From assembly GCA_000004985.1 (NCBI GenBank), contig GG738863.1: 64,000 bases of DNA; one strand, written 5' to 3'. The translations under genes were made by a program, and so were the position numbers. Origin of the DNA: Naegleria gruberi. Lineage: Eukaryota. The notes beneath the pieces are model-generated. The model searched no databases and was not told the origin of the DNA. It was given only the letters and a program-made list of their open reading frames with translations. Positions 39,997 through 52,138 of this stretch are shown one piece after another. Every line of letters starts with the position of its first letter. Within the stretch, counting starts at the first letter, position 1.

Positions 39997-42900
39997 ATGG
40001 AGCCATTTATTGATGAAGAAAACTCTGACGATGAAGAAATGGTAGATGAAGAACAAGTGATGCCAATCCTACCAGAATTAAATGCTGGCCGTTTGGGTCT
40101 CGGAGATGATGAAGATGATGATGAACCTCAACTAGAAGAAGACGATGACGATGATGGAGAAGGTGAAGGAGGTGAAGCTGAAGAAGATCAATCCGAAGAA
40201 ATTTATGATGATCAAACTGATGACGATGATGGAGAAGAACAACGTATGTATTATATTAATAGCAAATAGTAATTAATATTGTTATTATATAGAAAACGTC
40301 TTTTTAAATGTGGGTCAAGCAGTTGCTATGGGAGACATGGTAGAAGTTTTTGAAGATCAAGTGGATTTGGATGATGATTATGAAGAAGATTTGAATGAAG
40401 AAAACTTGAGATCATCAATGATAAGTTTAGTTGGTGCTTTAAGAAGAGATCCAATTACTCACTCATATTTGCCACTTCAACAATCTGCACAACCAAGAAG
40501 AAGCCTCCTCAACCTTTCACCAGGAGAGTACTTTGCATTTTCTACTCCTAATCGTGAAGATTTGTATCCAAGACTTGGTGGAGCCTTGACTGGAGCTATT
40601 AGAGGTGAAGGTAGAGATGTAGTACCACAGGAATTGGAACAAATGTTGCTTGAATTGTTGGCTGATTCCGATACATCAAGAACACCATCAAGAACCACTC
40701 CAACTCCAAGCAGAGGATCAACTAGACCTTTTGATAATATTTTCGGAAATTCATTGTTTGGTAATTTATCAGGTCTTGGAGTTACTCCAATTCGTGGAGG
40801 TTCTTCTCTTTCTAATCCTACCAACAACAACAACTCACAAATGGATACTTCAGGAGATGTGACTACACCTGTTCAAACCAACAACACTACTTCTGTTGAA
40901 GCTCAAACTGAATTATTAACACCAACAACACCAATTCAATTAACACCTATTCCACCAATAGTAGAATCATCAAATGTGGCATCAAGCTCACCTTCTAGTG
41001 ATGCAGTTCCTTCTGAACCTCAAGCATCTGCTTCCACTGAAACAGTAGCAACTCCAGTAACTACTACTCCAACAACAACTGTGGAGCCTACCACACCAGT
41101 AGTTACAGAAGCAGCAACATCATCAAGTGCTACCACTGAAGTCATTGTTGAACCAGTAGAAACAGTAGAACCTGTCGCTACTCAACCACAACAACCAAGA
41201 CAACAAAACTTCCCAATTGATCCAGCATTTTTCACTGAAATGCCTGATTTTATCAGACAAGAGTTATTGGAAATGCACTATGACCAATTGATTGACACTA
41301 CATCTAGTAATGAGGAAACAGCCATCAGCCAAGATTTCTTGGATGCCCTTCCAAATGAAATCAGAAATGAAGTTTTACGTTTTGAACGTGAACAAAGACC
41401 AAGAAGACCACCTCCTGTTACTAGACCAACCACTACAGTTCCAACCACTACAACCAATACTACAACAGAGGCAGTAACAACCAATCCTACAACCCCTCCA
41501 CCTCCACCACCTCCAACAACTTCAAATACTGATACTGTAAATCCTGTCGAATTTTTGTCAACTCTTTCTCCTGAACTTCGTAGAACAGTTTTGTTGGAAG
41601 CAGATGATGACTTGATTTCAATGTTGACACCAGATCTTGCCAGAGAAGCTGCTGAGTTAAGACTTAGAGCACATCAAAGAATCAGAGCTCAACAACAATA
41701 TATTGATAGACGTCAAGAAGGTACAATGAGAGAAAATGCATTCGCTAAAGCTGTCAAAAAACAAATTATCGAAAATGAAAAGGAGGAAGAAAAAGAAACA
41801 ATTTTCAAAGAAAAGGAACTTGTCCTTCTTTTGAGACTCTATATGCTCACAAGATCTTTTTCATCCACTCAACAACCATTTTTCTCTAAAATTTGTTTGG
41901 CTCACAAGGAAACAAGAAAGATACTTGTTGACATTTTAATTGAAATTGTTTTGAATTATAACACCCCATTAGATCAAATTCCAGAAAGAATGAAGATTTT
42001 GTGTGACATCCCACAAAGGGAAGGAGTATTTGTGAAAGAGGAAAATATGATTCCACCAGTTGTAATTAATTGTACATTATATTTGCTTGCATCCTTGTGC
42101 AAGAGTGAAGTAGGTCCATACATTTTACCTATTATTACAGGTATTGAATTTACTGAAACCTCTGAAGGGGTAAGAGGCGAAAAGTTTGTCAAGCTTTTGT
42201 CTCTCCTTCAACCAAAAATGTTTTCTTCTAACTTTTTCCTTGGATTTATTCAACTAGTGGATAGTTGTGCCAAGTTTATTAGTGAGTCTGTTAAGGTTTT
42301 GAATGAGGAAAATAATAAGTTAAAGAAGTCAATGACTACTCTCGAAGAACAAATCAACAAGTTGCCTGGAAAAGCATCTGCTGAACAATCTGAAACTAAT
42401 GAAGAAGGAAGCAGTAGTACAACCGAACAATCAGAGTACACTGAAAAGACTAAACAATTGGAAGAAACTACCGAAAAGTACAAGGCCTCTCAAACTAAAT
42501 ATGAAACTCTTATTTCTTATGTAACTGGCTTGTATAACGAGGCTGTGATCAGAAATGTCATATCTTTGATTCCTGATGTAGATGTTCAAGAAAAGGCCTT
42601 AAAACTTGTTTCATCAATTTTGGATAATATTGCATGTTCACTCCCAATTAGAAAAGTAATTTTGGTTGAACTTTCAACAAAATGTAGAGAAGAAGCCAAG
42701 AAGGTCAAGGAAAGTCTCAGCAAGGTTACCCTCTTTAAGTCAAACTCTTTGTTGCCATTCGACAATGAAAAGTTGGCATTCTGTAGAATTGTCAAGATTT
42801 ACAGTTCCATTCTTAAGAGATACAAGAAAGAAAGAGAAGCTGTTGAAGGTCCATTTATTGATCACAGTTTGCTTTCTGAACACTCTTTGGATTATGTATG

Positions 42901-44410
42901 GGAAGCTCTTGATTCATTCCTTTCATCAGTTCCGATCGAAAGAGACGAAACAGATGAAAAGACAAGAGCCTTGTCTTCATTGAAGAAGAAGAGAAATAAT
43001 AATTCTTATAATGAATTGTTCCCATTCATTGAAGCATTCTTTGCTTTCCAATCTGGTTTCAGTGAAGAAAAGGAAGAAAAGAACTCGACATTGCTTTCTT
43101 CCATGGAAGAGCACACCCCAACATCCGCCAAGGGCTTTGGCGACAAAGCTATTATTGAAAATTTCCTTGAAAAACATAGAGAAATTTTGAATGCACAAAT
43201 TGAAGCCAATCCATCATTGCTGACCTCTACACTTTCTCTCATGATGAAGTATCCAAAATATGTTGACTTTAAGAATAAGCTCGTTTGGTTCAAGGCTAAA
43301 TTGAAGGAAGAATCAAAGAAGACTGGTGGCGTTGCTCCAATGTCTGTCAGAAGATCTCAAATATTCACTGATTCCTACTTTTATATTAATGGTTTGCTTC
43401 CAGAGGAATGTAAAGGAAAATTACAGATCAAATTTGAAGGAGAGGAAGGTTATGACGCTGGTGGTGTAAAGAGAGAATGGTTTTCAACCCTCTCCAGAGA
43501 AATGTTATATCCTGGTTATGCCTTGTTTGCACCATGCGCTGATAGAACAACCTACCATCCAAACCCTTCATCCTATGTCAATCAAGAACACTTGTCTTAT
43601 TTCAGATTCACTGGTAGAATAATTGCTATGGCCATCTATAATGAACAACCTTTGGATTGTCACTTTACCAGATCTTTCTACAAGCATATTCTTGGTATTC
43701 CAATCACTTACCATGATATTGAAAGTATTGATCCTAGCTATTACAAGAATCTCAAGTGGATGCTCACCAACAGCATTGGAGATGTTTTATTCCACACTTT
43801 CACTCATGAATTTGATGAATTTGGTAAAACAAAAGAAATTGAATTGAAACCAAATGGTAAGAATATCCCTGTTACAGATGAGAATAAGGCCGAATATGTT
43901 CGTTTAGTTACTGAGCTCAAGATGACCAAATCCATTGAAAAACAACTTGAACAATTCCTTAAGGCATTCTATGATATTATTCCAAGAAAGCTTATTCAAA
44001 TTTTCAATGAACAAGAATTGGAATTGCTCATTTCTGGTTTACCAGATATTGATATTCAAGACTTGAAGAATAACACTATTTACGGACATGGTTACACCAA
44101 GGATTCAGTCCATATCAAATGGTTCTGGAATGTTGTTGAATCATTCGGAAAGGATGATAAGGCCCTTTTACTCCAATTTGTTACTGGTACAAGTAAGGTT
44201 CCACTTGGTGGATTCTCCCAATTGATTGGTGCTAATGGTGAAAATCAATTGTTCTGCATTCAAAAAGCAAACGTTGGTTCTCAACGTTTACCAACAGCTC
44301 ACACTTGTTTCAATCAATTGGATTTGCCAGAGTATGACACTGAAGATGTTTTGAGAGAGAGATTGCTTGTGGCGTTGAGATTTGGTTCAGAAGGATTTGG
44401 TTTTGTCTAA
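39997..44410 (+). CDS. HECT-domain E3 ubiquitin ligase, HUWE1/Tom1-like. It has an acidic N-terminus, UBM-like LPxExRxEVL repeats and a C-terminal HECT domain. Two exons.
   Basis: Exon 1 39997..40243 (ATG 39997; acidic MEPFIDEENSDDEE...); 49-nt GTATGT...TATATAG intron 40244..40292; exon 2 40293..44410. C + AA gives Q, and the tracked start at 40310 is GTG. Repeats include FLDALPNEIRNEVL and LSPELRRTVLLEADDDLISMLTPDLAREAAELR. The HECT domain (...FNEQELELLISGLPDIDIQDLKNNT...LLQFVTGTSKVPLGGFSQL...LPTAHTCFNQLDLPEYDTEDVLRERLLVALRFGSEGFGFV) aligns closely to the HUWE1 HECT. Confidence 0.8.
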
Positions 44411-44423
44411 ATAATAAAATAAT

Positions 44424-46157
44424 TTACTTCTTTAACTCTTTGAGTTCGGCATCGACTTGCTTTGCGGCCAACTTGGCACGAGAGTGTAAAACTTCTTCGA
44501 ATGGATAACCAGAAGCCTTATTACACTTTTCCAAGTTCTTCTTTACTTCTGTTAACAGTTCAACTTTCTTGTTGGTATCTGTTTCATTCTTGGCATTGTT
44601 CAAATAGAGAGATTCGGCAACTTCATAATATGAGAAGGCTATCCATTGTTTTTCAATCTTGACCTTATTTTCAAAAGACAATGCCTTCTTGAATTCGGCA
44701 TTACTTTCTTCCTTCTTACCAACTTGTCTATAGAATTGTCCCTTCACAACAGCCATACCAGCTTCAACATCTCCATAAATCTTGCTCTTTTCATCAATCT
44801 TTACATCAGCACATAAAGAATTGAAGAATTCAAAGAGTGGTTCTGCGTGTTGTTCATCAATATTAGCTAAATCTCTTCTCAAATAAAGATATTGGAAGCT
44901 GGAAACGAGCATCATGAGATGTTTTTCTTCTTCAGATCCAAGAGTTTTGATCAAATCAACCTTTTCCAAAGTATATTTGTCAATTCTAGAGTTCTTTGAA
45001 ATGTACTTTTCTAAATTCTTAATCAAGTCGTTAGCAACATCCTTTTCGCCTAATTTCAATTTACAAACGGCGAGCAACATTGCAGAGATACCCTTGGTAT
45101 CGAATTCTTTTTCAACCTTAATTAAATCAGAGAAAATAAGAGAGGCATCACTGAAATTAAGAGTGAGGAGGTGACAAACTCCCAATTCATGGAGGAAGTT
45201 ATTTGGTGTAGATCCCATAGCAGTTCTACAAATAGCGACAGCTTGTGTAAGACTTTCAATGGCTGCTGTAATATCACCTCTCTTTCTTTCATAGTGAGAT
45301 TTAATGAACTTGAAAAATCCACCTTGTGGTAAAATCTTTCCGACTCTTTCCAAAATTGGTCCAACTTCAGTCAAATTCTTTTCTCTATCTTGCAAAGCTC
45401 TTGGAATGAATAAATAATTCAAACAGAGCATAAATGAGGAATTACCAACTTGTCTTCCTCCGTAATCATGTACCTTCTTTAAAAAAGATAAACCTTGTTC
45501 TCTATCAGCATCAAATCCTAGAACGCTCAAAATTTTAGTAAGTGCAGGTGGCAAAATTGAAAGCATAAAATTGAAAATACTTTACAATGTCAATCACAAA
45601 ACGTCACAATAACAACCTACCCCATTCCGAAATAAACACAATGAATAAGATCACTGTGGATAAACTTTGCAGATGTGTTTGGTTCATTCTTTGTATCTTC
45701 AATTGCAGCATAGACATCTTTAAATTTAATGTAAGCCTTTCTCAAGTTATATAAACCTTTAAGGTAAGACCCAGCATGGAATTGTAAAATACCTCTCATC
45801 AAGTGAGCTTCTCCATCCAAAACATCATTATCGAGTTCAAAATTGTAAATAATTTGTTCGGAAGTCATCTTTTCCAAATCCAAAAAGTTTGGATGTGACT
45901 TTTCACTCTCTGTATAATAATCTTCGGAAGCTTCTTCCAACTTTTTGTTGAGAGTTTTATATTCTTCAACGATCTTGAGAATATCATCTTTCTTTGATAC
46001 TTTTTTGAGGGCCTTTTCAGCATTTTCAATACCTTGCATACCTTCCTCTCTCATTGAGGTTTCTCCCGAAATGTTGGAAGCAAGAGCAGCTATGAAAGGT
46101 CAAATAACACTACTACTAATACTAGTACTTACGAATAGTTGCAAGTTCGAAGGCCAT
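44424..46157 (-). CDS. TTC39 / Iml2-family tetratricopeptide-repeat protein (three exons)
   Basis: Exon 1 46133..46157 (ATG 46157-46155, MAFELATI); 43-nt GTAAGT...TTCATAG intron 46090..46132; exon 2 45621..46089, which includes the tracked ORF 45617..46054; 41-nt GTAGGT...GTAAAG intron 45580..45620; exon 3 44424..45579. The exon 2/3 junction recreates ...YFGMG-G-IFNFMLSILPPALTKILSVLGFDADREQGLSFL, matching the conserved TTC39 block (GAFNLMLSLLPARI...GFSGNRELGL). Confidence 0.7.
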
Positions 46158-47194
46158 TCTTGGGATGTGTACAAGAGGTGTCAAATACTTTTTAGCTTCA
46201 TCGAATTGTGTGTTCCTAATTATTTTCCGAAATAGAGATCATATACGATTTTTAAATAATTATATATACAAATTAATAAAACACCTACCACACAAATCTA
46301 TTTCCCTTCATAACACAGTTGAACATTTTTCTGTGCAGCAGAAATTGAAAGTGTTGAATTGTAATTGCGTATTATCACAATAAATCATTATCCATATCAT
46401 CAACATCACCCATAAATTTCACCACATGATTTGATTATGAATCACACAACACAACAATAAAAACCCTCTGATTACAGAACAACCTCGAACACATTCCACT
46501 TACATTGAGACGTTACGTTTTGATACTTTTTTTTTGATTAATGTTCATCACGCAGTTTGGTCGCAACCAACGGTTTATTGAAATGCATCACTATTTGGCG
46601 GGCTTTGAAATCTTTCGAAATTCCGTTACTGAGGCTACTTGAGCTTTTAGAAAATATTGATCACAACGAAAGAATGCAAGTGAAAAATTAGGCTAAAGTG
46701 AGGTTTTATATGAAGGCTGCATTGAAGTAAGGAGAAGTATTTTCAAAAGATTCAACATGTTGATAAGGTTCAAATGTTGATGGAGATGGAAAAGGCAAGG
46801 AGTATGATGGTGATTTTTCATGGTTTAAAAGAGGCAATTTTTGAAATGTCGAATGAGAATTTGGAAACATGTTGGTTGGTCAATCAGAGCAATCTTCATG
46901 TTTACAATTTGGAAGAGTATTGTTTCAAAATCATTACCTCACGAGTTTGAGTACTGATTGGAATGAATCTAGTGATGTTGTGGTTTTTTTCAAAATATTA
47001 TCATCACAAAGCTTGAACAAAGCTTGATTACAATAAGAATTTAAAAAAAAGCCTTTTTCATCACAACGAAAATTTAATTTTTTTGCAAAACTTCCGAACA
47101 AAGCCTTCTTCTGTTTTTTATTGAAGCCTTGTTTCATCAAAACTTTTATTGGGGAGTGTAGTATTTGAATATTATAAAATATTAAAATTGAAGG

Positions 47195-49303
47195 ATGAAT
47201 GGAAATAGTTCGGATGAGGTGATATCGAATGATAACACTATTGTTATCAATGGTGATGACACCACAACATTGTTACCACCAAGAGATGAAATGATTATTG
47301 ATATTCATCATCAGGATTTAAAGGATCCTTCCGTGCTAGGAAAAGGGTTATTTGGATTGTATGATTTTGTTCAAACAGAGGATGGTGCTGATAATCCTGA
47401 TTCATCATTACCACCAATCGGAAGGTCTAAAGTATTATATAGTAAATTTTCTAGAAAGCCTAAGAGACCTATCATCACACCAAAAGTGGTGATTAGCACT
47501 GCAACACAAAATTCAACAACAGATGATTCGTCGCCATCACCATCATCACCATCAAATACAAGAGAATCAACAAAATCCATTGTTGAACCAACATCCACAG
47601 AAATTGAACCAGAATTATTAATAACAGAACCAATACCTTCACTAACTGGCTCACCAATCTTGAGCAGGGAAACAGCCATCGATTCCCTTATGGAATACTA
47701 TTCAAAGTTCTATAGTATTGTTCCGAATTATGGTGTGGGTCAGCTTGAAAAGCAGTTCTTACAACTTTTCTTTGAGTACATGTTGGATAAGAATACTGAA
47801 GATTTTCCAAGTCCAGTTCCAATGTTGAGGAGTGTTCCTTTGGATATTTTTCACTTATATGGCAGAGTATTGGAGAAAGGAGGATTTCTATACATGGATT
47901 CAGGTGATTGGGAGCTTGTTTTCAAAAAAATTAGGAATTATGATGAGTTAATGAAAAAACCTGAAGAAATGCTCAAATCTATGTACGAACAATATTTAAA
48001 GAATTTTGAGGGTTTCGTTACAAGACAAGCAAATTCGGCTGAGTTTACCAATATCATTTTAGAATATATTCAGAAACAAAATTTGGAAGAATTTCACAGT
48101 AAGACTGCTGAGTTACGTAAAAGAATTTTGGCTAAAGTGAGAAGTAATTGTGAGCAAGAGGCCGCACGATCTAGTGGTAGTGCTGTGAATAATGAGAAAA
48201 AGGGTCATGTAATAGCTGATTATAGTGATGAAGACCAACGCTTACCAATGCCAGAATTACCTAAAAAATTAACAAAAAATATTCTCTTAGAAATGCAAAA
48301 ATCTACAAAGAGAGCCTATCTCAGTTTTATTTCCAAGAAAGGGAGATCAATTAACTTGAAAATTGATGTCTACAAAACACCGTTGGGTTTAGAATTACTG
48401 AGAAGGGAACCTATTATTGGAGATTCTGAAAATTATGGTCAATTAATTTATTATCAATTTGATGCTGCTCAAATTTCTAGGGATGACACAATAAGGAAGG
48501 AGTACAAGATGATGGGTATGGACGTAATTGAGCCAGGATCTCTTTGCTATTGGATGGGTGGAAGTTCAATTATCTTTGGTTATGGGCGAACACCAAAGTC
48601 AAAGAAGCAAGAATGTAGATTGACTGAGAAATGTCTTGTATTTGGAAAGTTAAACGATCCAAACTATACGTTTGAGGTGAGTGATACAAACTCTTCACTG
48701 TACCTTCCTTCAGTGCTACACGATATTGAAAAGGACGGAGCTGGGGTATGGACCGTAAAGCTCTCCTCTCATCCACCAATCTCTGAAGAACCAGTACCAC
48801 TTAAAAAGAGAGCTCGAGCTTTTGTAACAGAAAGTCCAAGAAAAAAAGTAGATCCTACACCATCAGCATCTTCACCAAATGTTCAAAAAGAAACACCTGT
48901 ACAAGCAACAACACCAACTAAAGAACCATCAGAACCATCGACACCAGTTGTAATAATTTCGCCAACAACACCAACTAAGGAATCAACTAAGGAAATACCT
49001 AAAGAATCACCAAAAGATGTGGACGATTCATTTGAAAGAAAGATTTTAACTCTAAGATATAGATATCAAAGCGAGGACGAAAATAGTTGCAAAATAGCCA
49101 CAGCTTCTTTTGTAGCTAGAGAATATATTGACTATTCTACGATACTTTCTCTCCTACGAAGAGATAATGTCAAAACCGAAAGCTTGGCAGAAATTCGATA
49201 CAATGCGGATTCCATTTGGCAAATCCTCCACGAGAATTTCAAACTCAAACTTGTTTCTAATCAAACTATTATACAAATTTTACTTTTCAGAAAAAAATAC
49301 TAA
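47195..49303 (+). CDS. ARID/BRIGHT DNA-binding domain protein
   Basis: 702 aa with ATG at 47195. Residues from about 160 to 260 (LEKQFLQLFFEYMLDKNTEDFPSPVPMLRSVPLDIFHLYGRVLEKGGFLYMDSGDWELVFKKI) fit the ARID pattern (F...L..F.E..G.P...P.I....LDL..LY..V...GG...V.....W..V). It is flanked by S/T/P-rich low-complexity regions. Confidence 0.55.
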   Translation: MNGNSSDEVISNDNTIVINGDDTTTLLPPRDEMIIDIHHQDLKDPSVLGKGLFGLYDFVQTEDGADNPDSSLPPIGRSKVLYSKFSRKPKRPIITPKVVISTATQNSTTDDSSPSPSSPSNTRESTKSIVEPTSTEIEPELLITEPIPSLTGSPILSRETAIDSLMEYYSKFYSIVPNYGVGQLEKQFLQLFFEYMLDKNTEDFPSPVPMLRSVPLDIFHLYGRVLEKGGFLYMDSGDWELVFKKIRNYDELMKKPEEMLKSMYEQYLKNFEGFVTRQANSAEFTNIILEYIQKQNLEEFHSKTAELRKRILAKVRSNCEQEAARSSGSAVNNEKKGHVIADYSDEDQRLPMPELPKKLTKNILLEMQKSTKRAYLSFISKKGRSINLKIDVYKTPLGLELLRREPIIGDSENYGQLIYYQFDAAQISRDDTIRKEYKMMGMDVIEPGSLCYWMGGSSIIFGYGRTPKSKKQECRLTEKCLVFGKLNDPNYTFEVSDTNSSLYLPSVLHDIEKDGAGVWTVKLSSHPPISEEPVPLKKRARAFVTESPRKKVDPTPSASSPNVQKETPVQATTPTKEPSEPSTPVVIISPTTPTKESTKEIPKESPKDVDDSFERKILTLRYRYQSEDENSCKIATASFVAREYIDYSTILSLLRRDNVKTESLAEIRYNADSIWQILHENFKLKLVSNQTIIQILLFRKKY

Positions 49304-49386
49304 GACAATTAGTAGAAGAAACAATGCCAGTATCTCTTTTTTATCTACTGTAAATTTCCAAACAAAACCGACATTCCTTTCTCAAC

Positions 49387-50472
49387 ATGTCAAAAACATT
49401 AAGAAAAAAAATGAAGCTTGACGGATTATTTTCAAACACGCCATTTCTTCTTTGTTGTGAGACATGCTTTAGAGATTTTGCCCATCAGGTAAAGGCAACA
49501 CATCAATGCAGAAATTGTGGTTTGAAGACTTGTGTCTTGCACTCTAAATATCATGTCAAATATGTTCCTCATCATGTTGTTTCTCTAATTGAGGTTGAAA
49601 ATGTAAATGAATCTTCAGAAGAGGAAGAATCCGATTCAGATTCTTGTAAGTGTTGCTATGAAAAGTCTCAAACATTCGAAACTCCAAGAGAGAGTGAACC
49701 ACCATCAATCATTAGAACAATTAATGAAAATTTGAGATCGCCAATTAGACCATCCTCAGCTGGCACCAGTTCAAGAATTTATTCTAAATCTCCTCTCATC
49801 TCTAGAGCTAGCAGAGTAATCAATGAAGATTGCAGTAGAGCTAGTTCAAGATTGGACAATGATGCATTCAAGAGAGCGGCAAGTCCTAGCAGTAGACAAG
49901 TAAATCGTCTTGAAAAGAAGAATCTAGAACACGTTCAAAAGGCGTACGAGCTAAAATCTCAATTCGAACAATTGAAATCAGAGCTCAAAGATTGGCAATA
50001 TGAGAATTCTCTTTTATCCGATTCTCTCATGTATGAAATTGAAAATGTAGATAATGAAAGATTGAGACTGGAATTGGAATGTAAACATGTTTTCCAAAAA
50101 TTGAGAAGTATTCTCAACGACAGAGAAGATATTGTCCTTTCTAATATACATCGTGTTAGTAATGATCAAAAGGATAATGTTATGAAGATTAGTTCACTAA
50201 AGAATAGTTTGAAATTAATCATTACAGATCTGGATTCAGTAAGTGAGGATTTATATGAGGAGGGATCTAGCACTCAATTTGTACTCATTGAAAGAAAGTT
50301 GAAGAAATTAAATTCCACAATTGAAGTGTTGAAATATCAGTGCCAGGTTAAGAAGGTAAATTCAATGGAGAAGAATTACTTGAAATTCATTCCACATATT
50401 CATCAATTAGAGGAACAAATTAAGAATATTTGCCAATTACTCAATGGTGAAGGTAAAATAATTGGCTACTAG
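49387..50472 (+). CDS. Zinc-finger (FYVE-like Cys/His cluster) plus coiled-coil protein
   Basis: 361 aa with ATG at 49387. The N-terminal cluster reads LLCCETCFRDFAHQVKATHQCRNCGLKTCVLHSKYH (C-x2-C ... H-x-C-R-x-C-G-x3-C-x2-H), reminiscent of the FYVE R+HHCRxCG core but incomplete. The C-terminal half is heptad-rich (LEHVQKAYELKSQFEQLKSELKDWQYEN...). Confidence 0.4.
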   Translation: MSKTLRKKMKLDGLFSNTPFLLCCETCFRDFAHQVKATHQCRNCGLKTCVLHSKYHVKYVPHHVVSLIEVENVNESSEEEESDSDSCKCCYEKSQTFETPRESEPPSIIRTINENLRSPIRPSSAGTSSRIYSKSPLISRASRVINEDCSRASSRLDNDAFKRAASPSSRQVNRLEKKNLEHVQKAYELKSQFEQLKSELKDWQYENSLLSDSLMYEIENVDNERLRLELECKHVFQKLRSILNDREDIVLSNIHRVSNDQKDNVMKISSLKNSLKLIITDLDSVSEDLYEEGSSTQFVLIERKLKKLNSTIEVLKYQCQVKKVNSMEKNYLKFIPHIHQLEEQIKNICQLLNGEGKIIGY

Positions 50473-50497
50473 TTGTCATATTATTTGACCATATATA

Positions 50498-52095
50498 TTA
50501 CAAGGAAAAGCTTTCAATCATTTGCAAGAATAAATTTCTACATTGCAATCCAATAGAACTCGTATAACTAAAGACATATTTTTGTCTAGATTCGGCACCA
50601 GTGAAAACAATTACAATTTGTGAGATATTTCTCTCAGAATTGGTTAGTGTATGATCCTCAACAAACTTTACCTCGAATCTGTAGCCATATACCAAATTGG
50701 AACCCAATTCCAAATCAATCAATTCTAAATCTTCAACAATGGCCAATTGTTTCCTCTCCTTAAATTGATTCTGGATTAAGGTGGCAGTCTTGACCAATGA
50801 AGCACCAGTTTCCAACAATTGAATCATGAAATTGTCACAAATAATATCCTGATAACATTGCTGAATGGGGCTAAACATGAAAACTATTCCCGATTCACTT
50901 CCAACCTTGAATCCAAATGGTACCTTCATTGATGATCCTTCGAATATCTCAGTGTCGGTCCAAGGTAAATTCTCAGTCTTGATAAAAGTCGATTGTTGAA
51001 TAAAATTCTCATAAACTTCTCTATTTCTCGATGCACAATTACTATAATATGTAACCACATAGGCACCACTCGATCCAGAATCAATGACAGTTGTATATTG
51101 AGTTAGAAATATTCCACTTCCCTCCTCCAAATAGGAACAAACAAAATCCATAGCACTCAAATGCTTTCTAATCATGTGAGGAGTATCCTGTCCAGCATCC
51201 ACCAATGAATACATGGCTCTCTTTCTCTTTTTTTCATTTCCTGGATTGGGAGCTCCCTTTGGAATGTCCTCAAACTGCGATTGAAATTTCAAATGAAATG
51301 TAAACTCTTGCATACTAATAATTCCCAAAACTCTTTCAACTGTGAAATAATCTCTATTGATTTTCTCATTATACAAATGAGAAGGTGAATAGAAATAGAG
51401 AACAGAGTCTTTTAGTGAGATTTCCCATGTATCAAATATTCTAAATGTTCCAAAATAGGGATAATCATCAAATGTACTTGTAACTGATCCATAATCATCA
51501 GCTTTTGTCGTTCTTTCGATTGTAAATTTGTAAGTTATATACGAAAGTGCTTCCGATCCTTTGTTTTCCTCAATTTCCATGTTTAAAGTTACATCCTCTC
51601 CATCATTTAATATCGGAATTTTAACATGTCCAACTGTACAATATTAGAAAGTTGGTTTATGTTTCTAATAACTTACCAAACTAGCGAAAATTCATCATCA
51701 ATTTCGAATAATTATTATTATTAAATTATTTACCTTGTCTTGACTCAACATGTCATAATCCCAAACTTCTACAATTGCATGAGTTTCCTTTCTTTCCAAC
51801 TATTTATATTCGAAATAAATTATTCGAAAATTAGTCACTTACCGGAATGTCAAAAGTTTCATTAAACTTGGGATTTCGTGTTCTCTTGACAGGTTTAGTT
51901 TGTTTAGAATAGGCATTTCCCAACTTTACTTTTAAATACGGATCTATTTGATCTTTCTAATAACAAGAATAAAATTATTAGAAACTTACTAATCTGTTTT
52001 TGTTATTTTCATCATCCATTATCATCTTCTTCACTTACGTTTCCACTTCCGACGTTGGTGGCAGATAAAATAACCAACTTGAAAATATCATCCAT
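50498..52095 (-). CDS. C2-domain protein with a C-terminal 350-aa domain of unknown function. Multi-exon, including a putative 4-nt micro-exon.
   Basis: Model on the minus strand: E1 52039..52095 (ATG 52095-52093, MDDIFKLVILSATNVGSGN). E2 51843..51956 (KDQIDPYLKVKLGNAYSKQTKPVKRTRNPKFNETFDIP). E3 51734..51799 (LERKETHAIVEVWDYDMLSQDK). Putative E4 51677..51680 (TTTG). E5 50498..51643 (TT GGA CAT...; the tracked ORF 50498..51580 starts at an internal Met). Introns are 82, 43, 53, 43 and 33 nt long with GTAAGT/GTAAAT donors. The joined sequence reads ...MLSQDK-F-VGHVKIPILNDGEDVTL..., which completes a canonical C2 beta-sandwich. Confidence 0.55.
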
Positions 52096-52138
52096 TTTTT
52101 TATTCTAAATTGAAACTGTTTCGAATAATATTCTTTTA

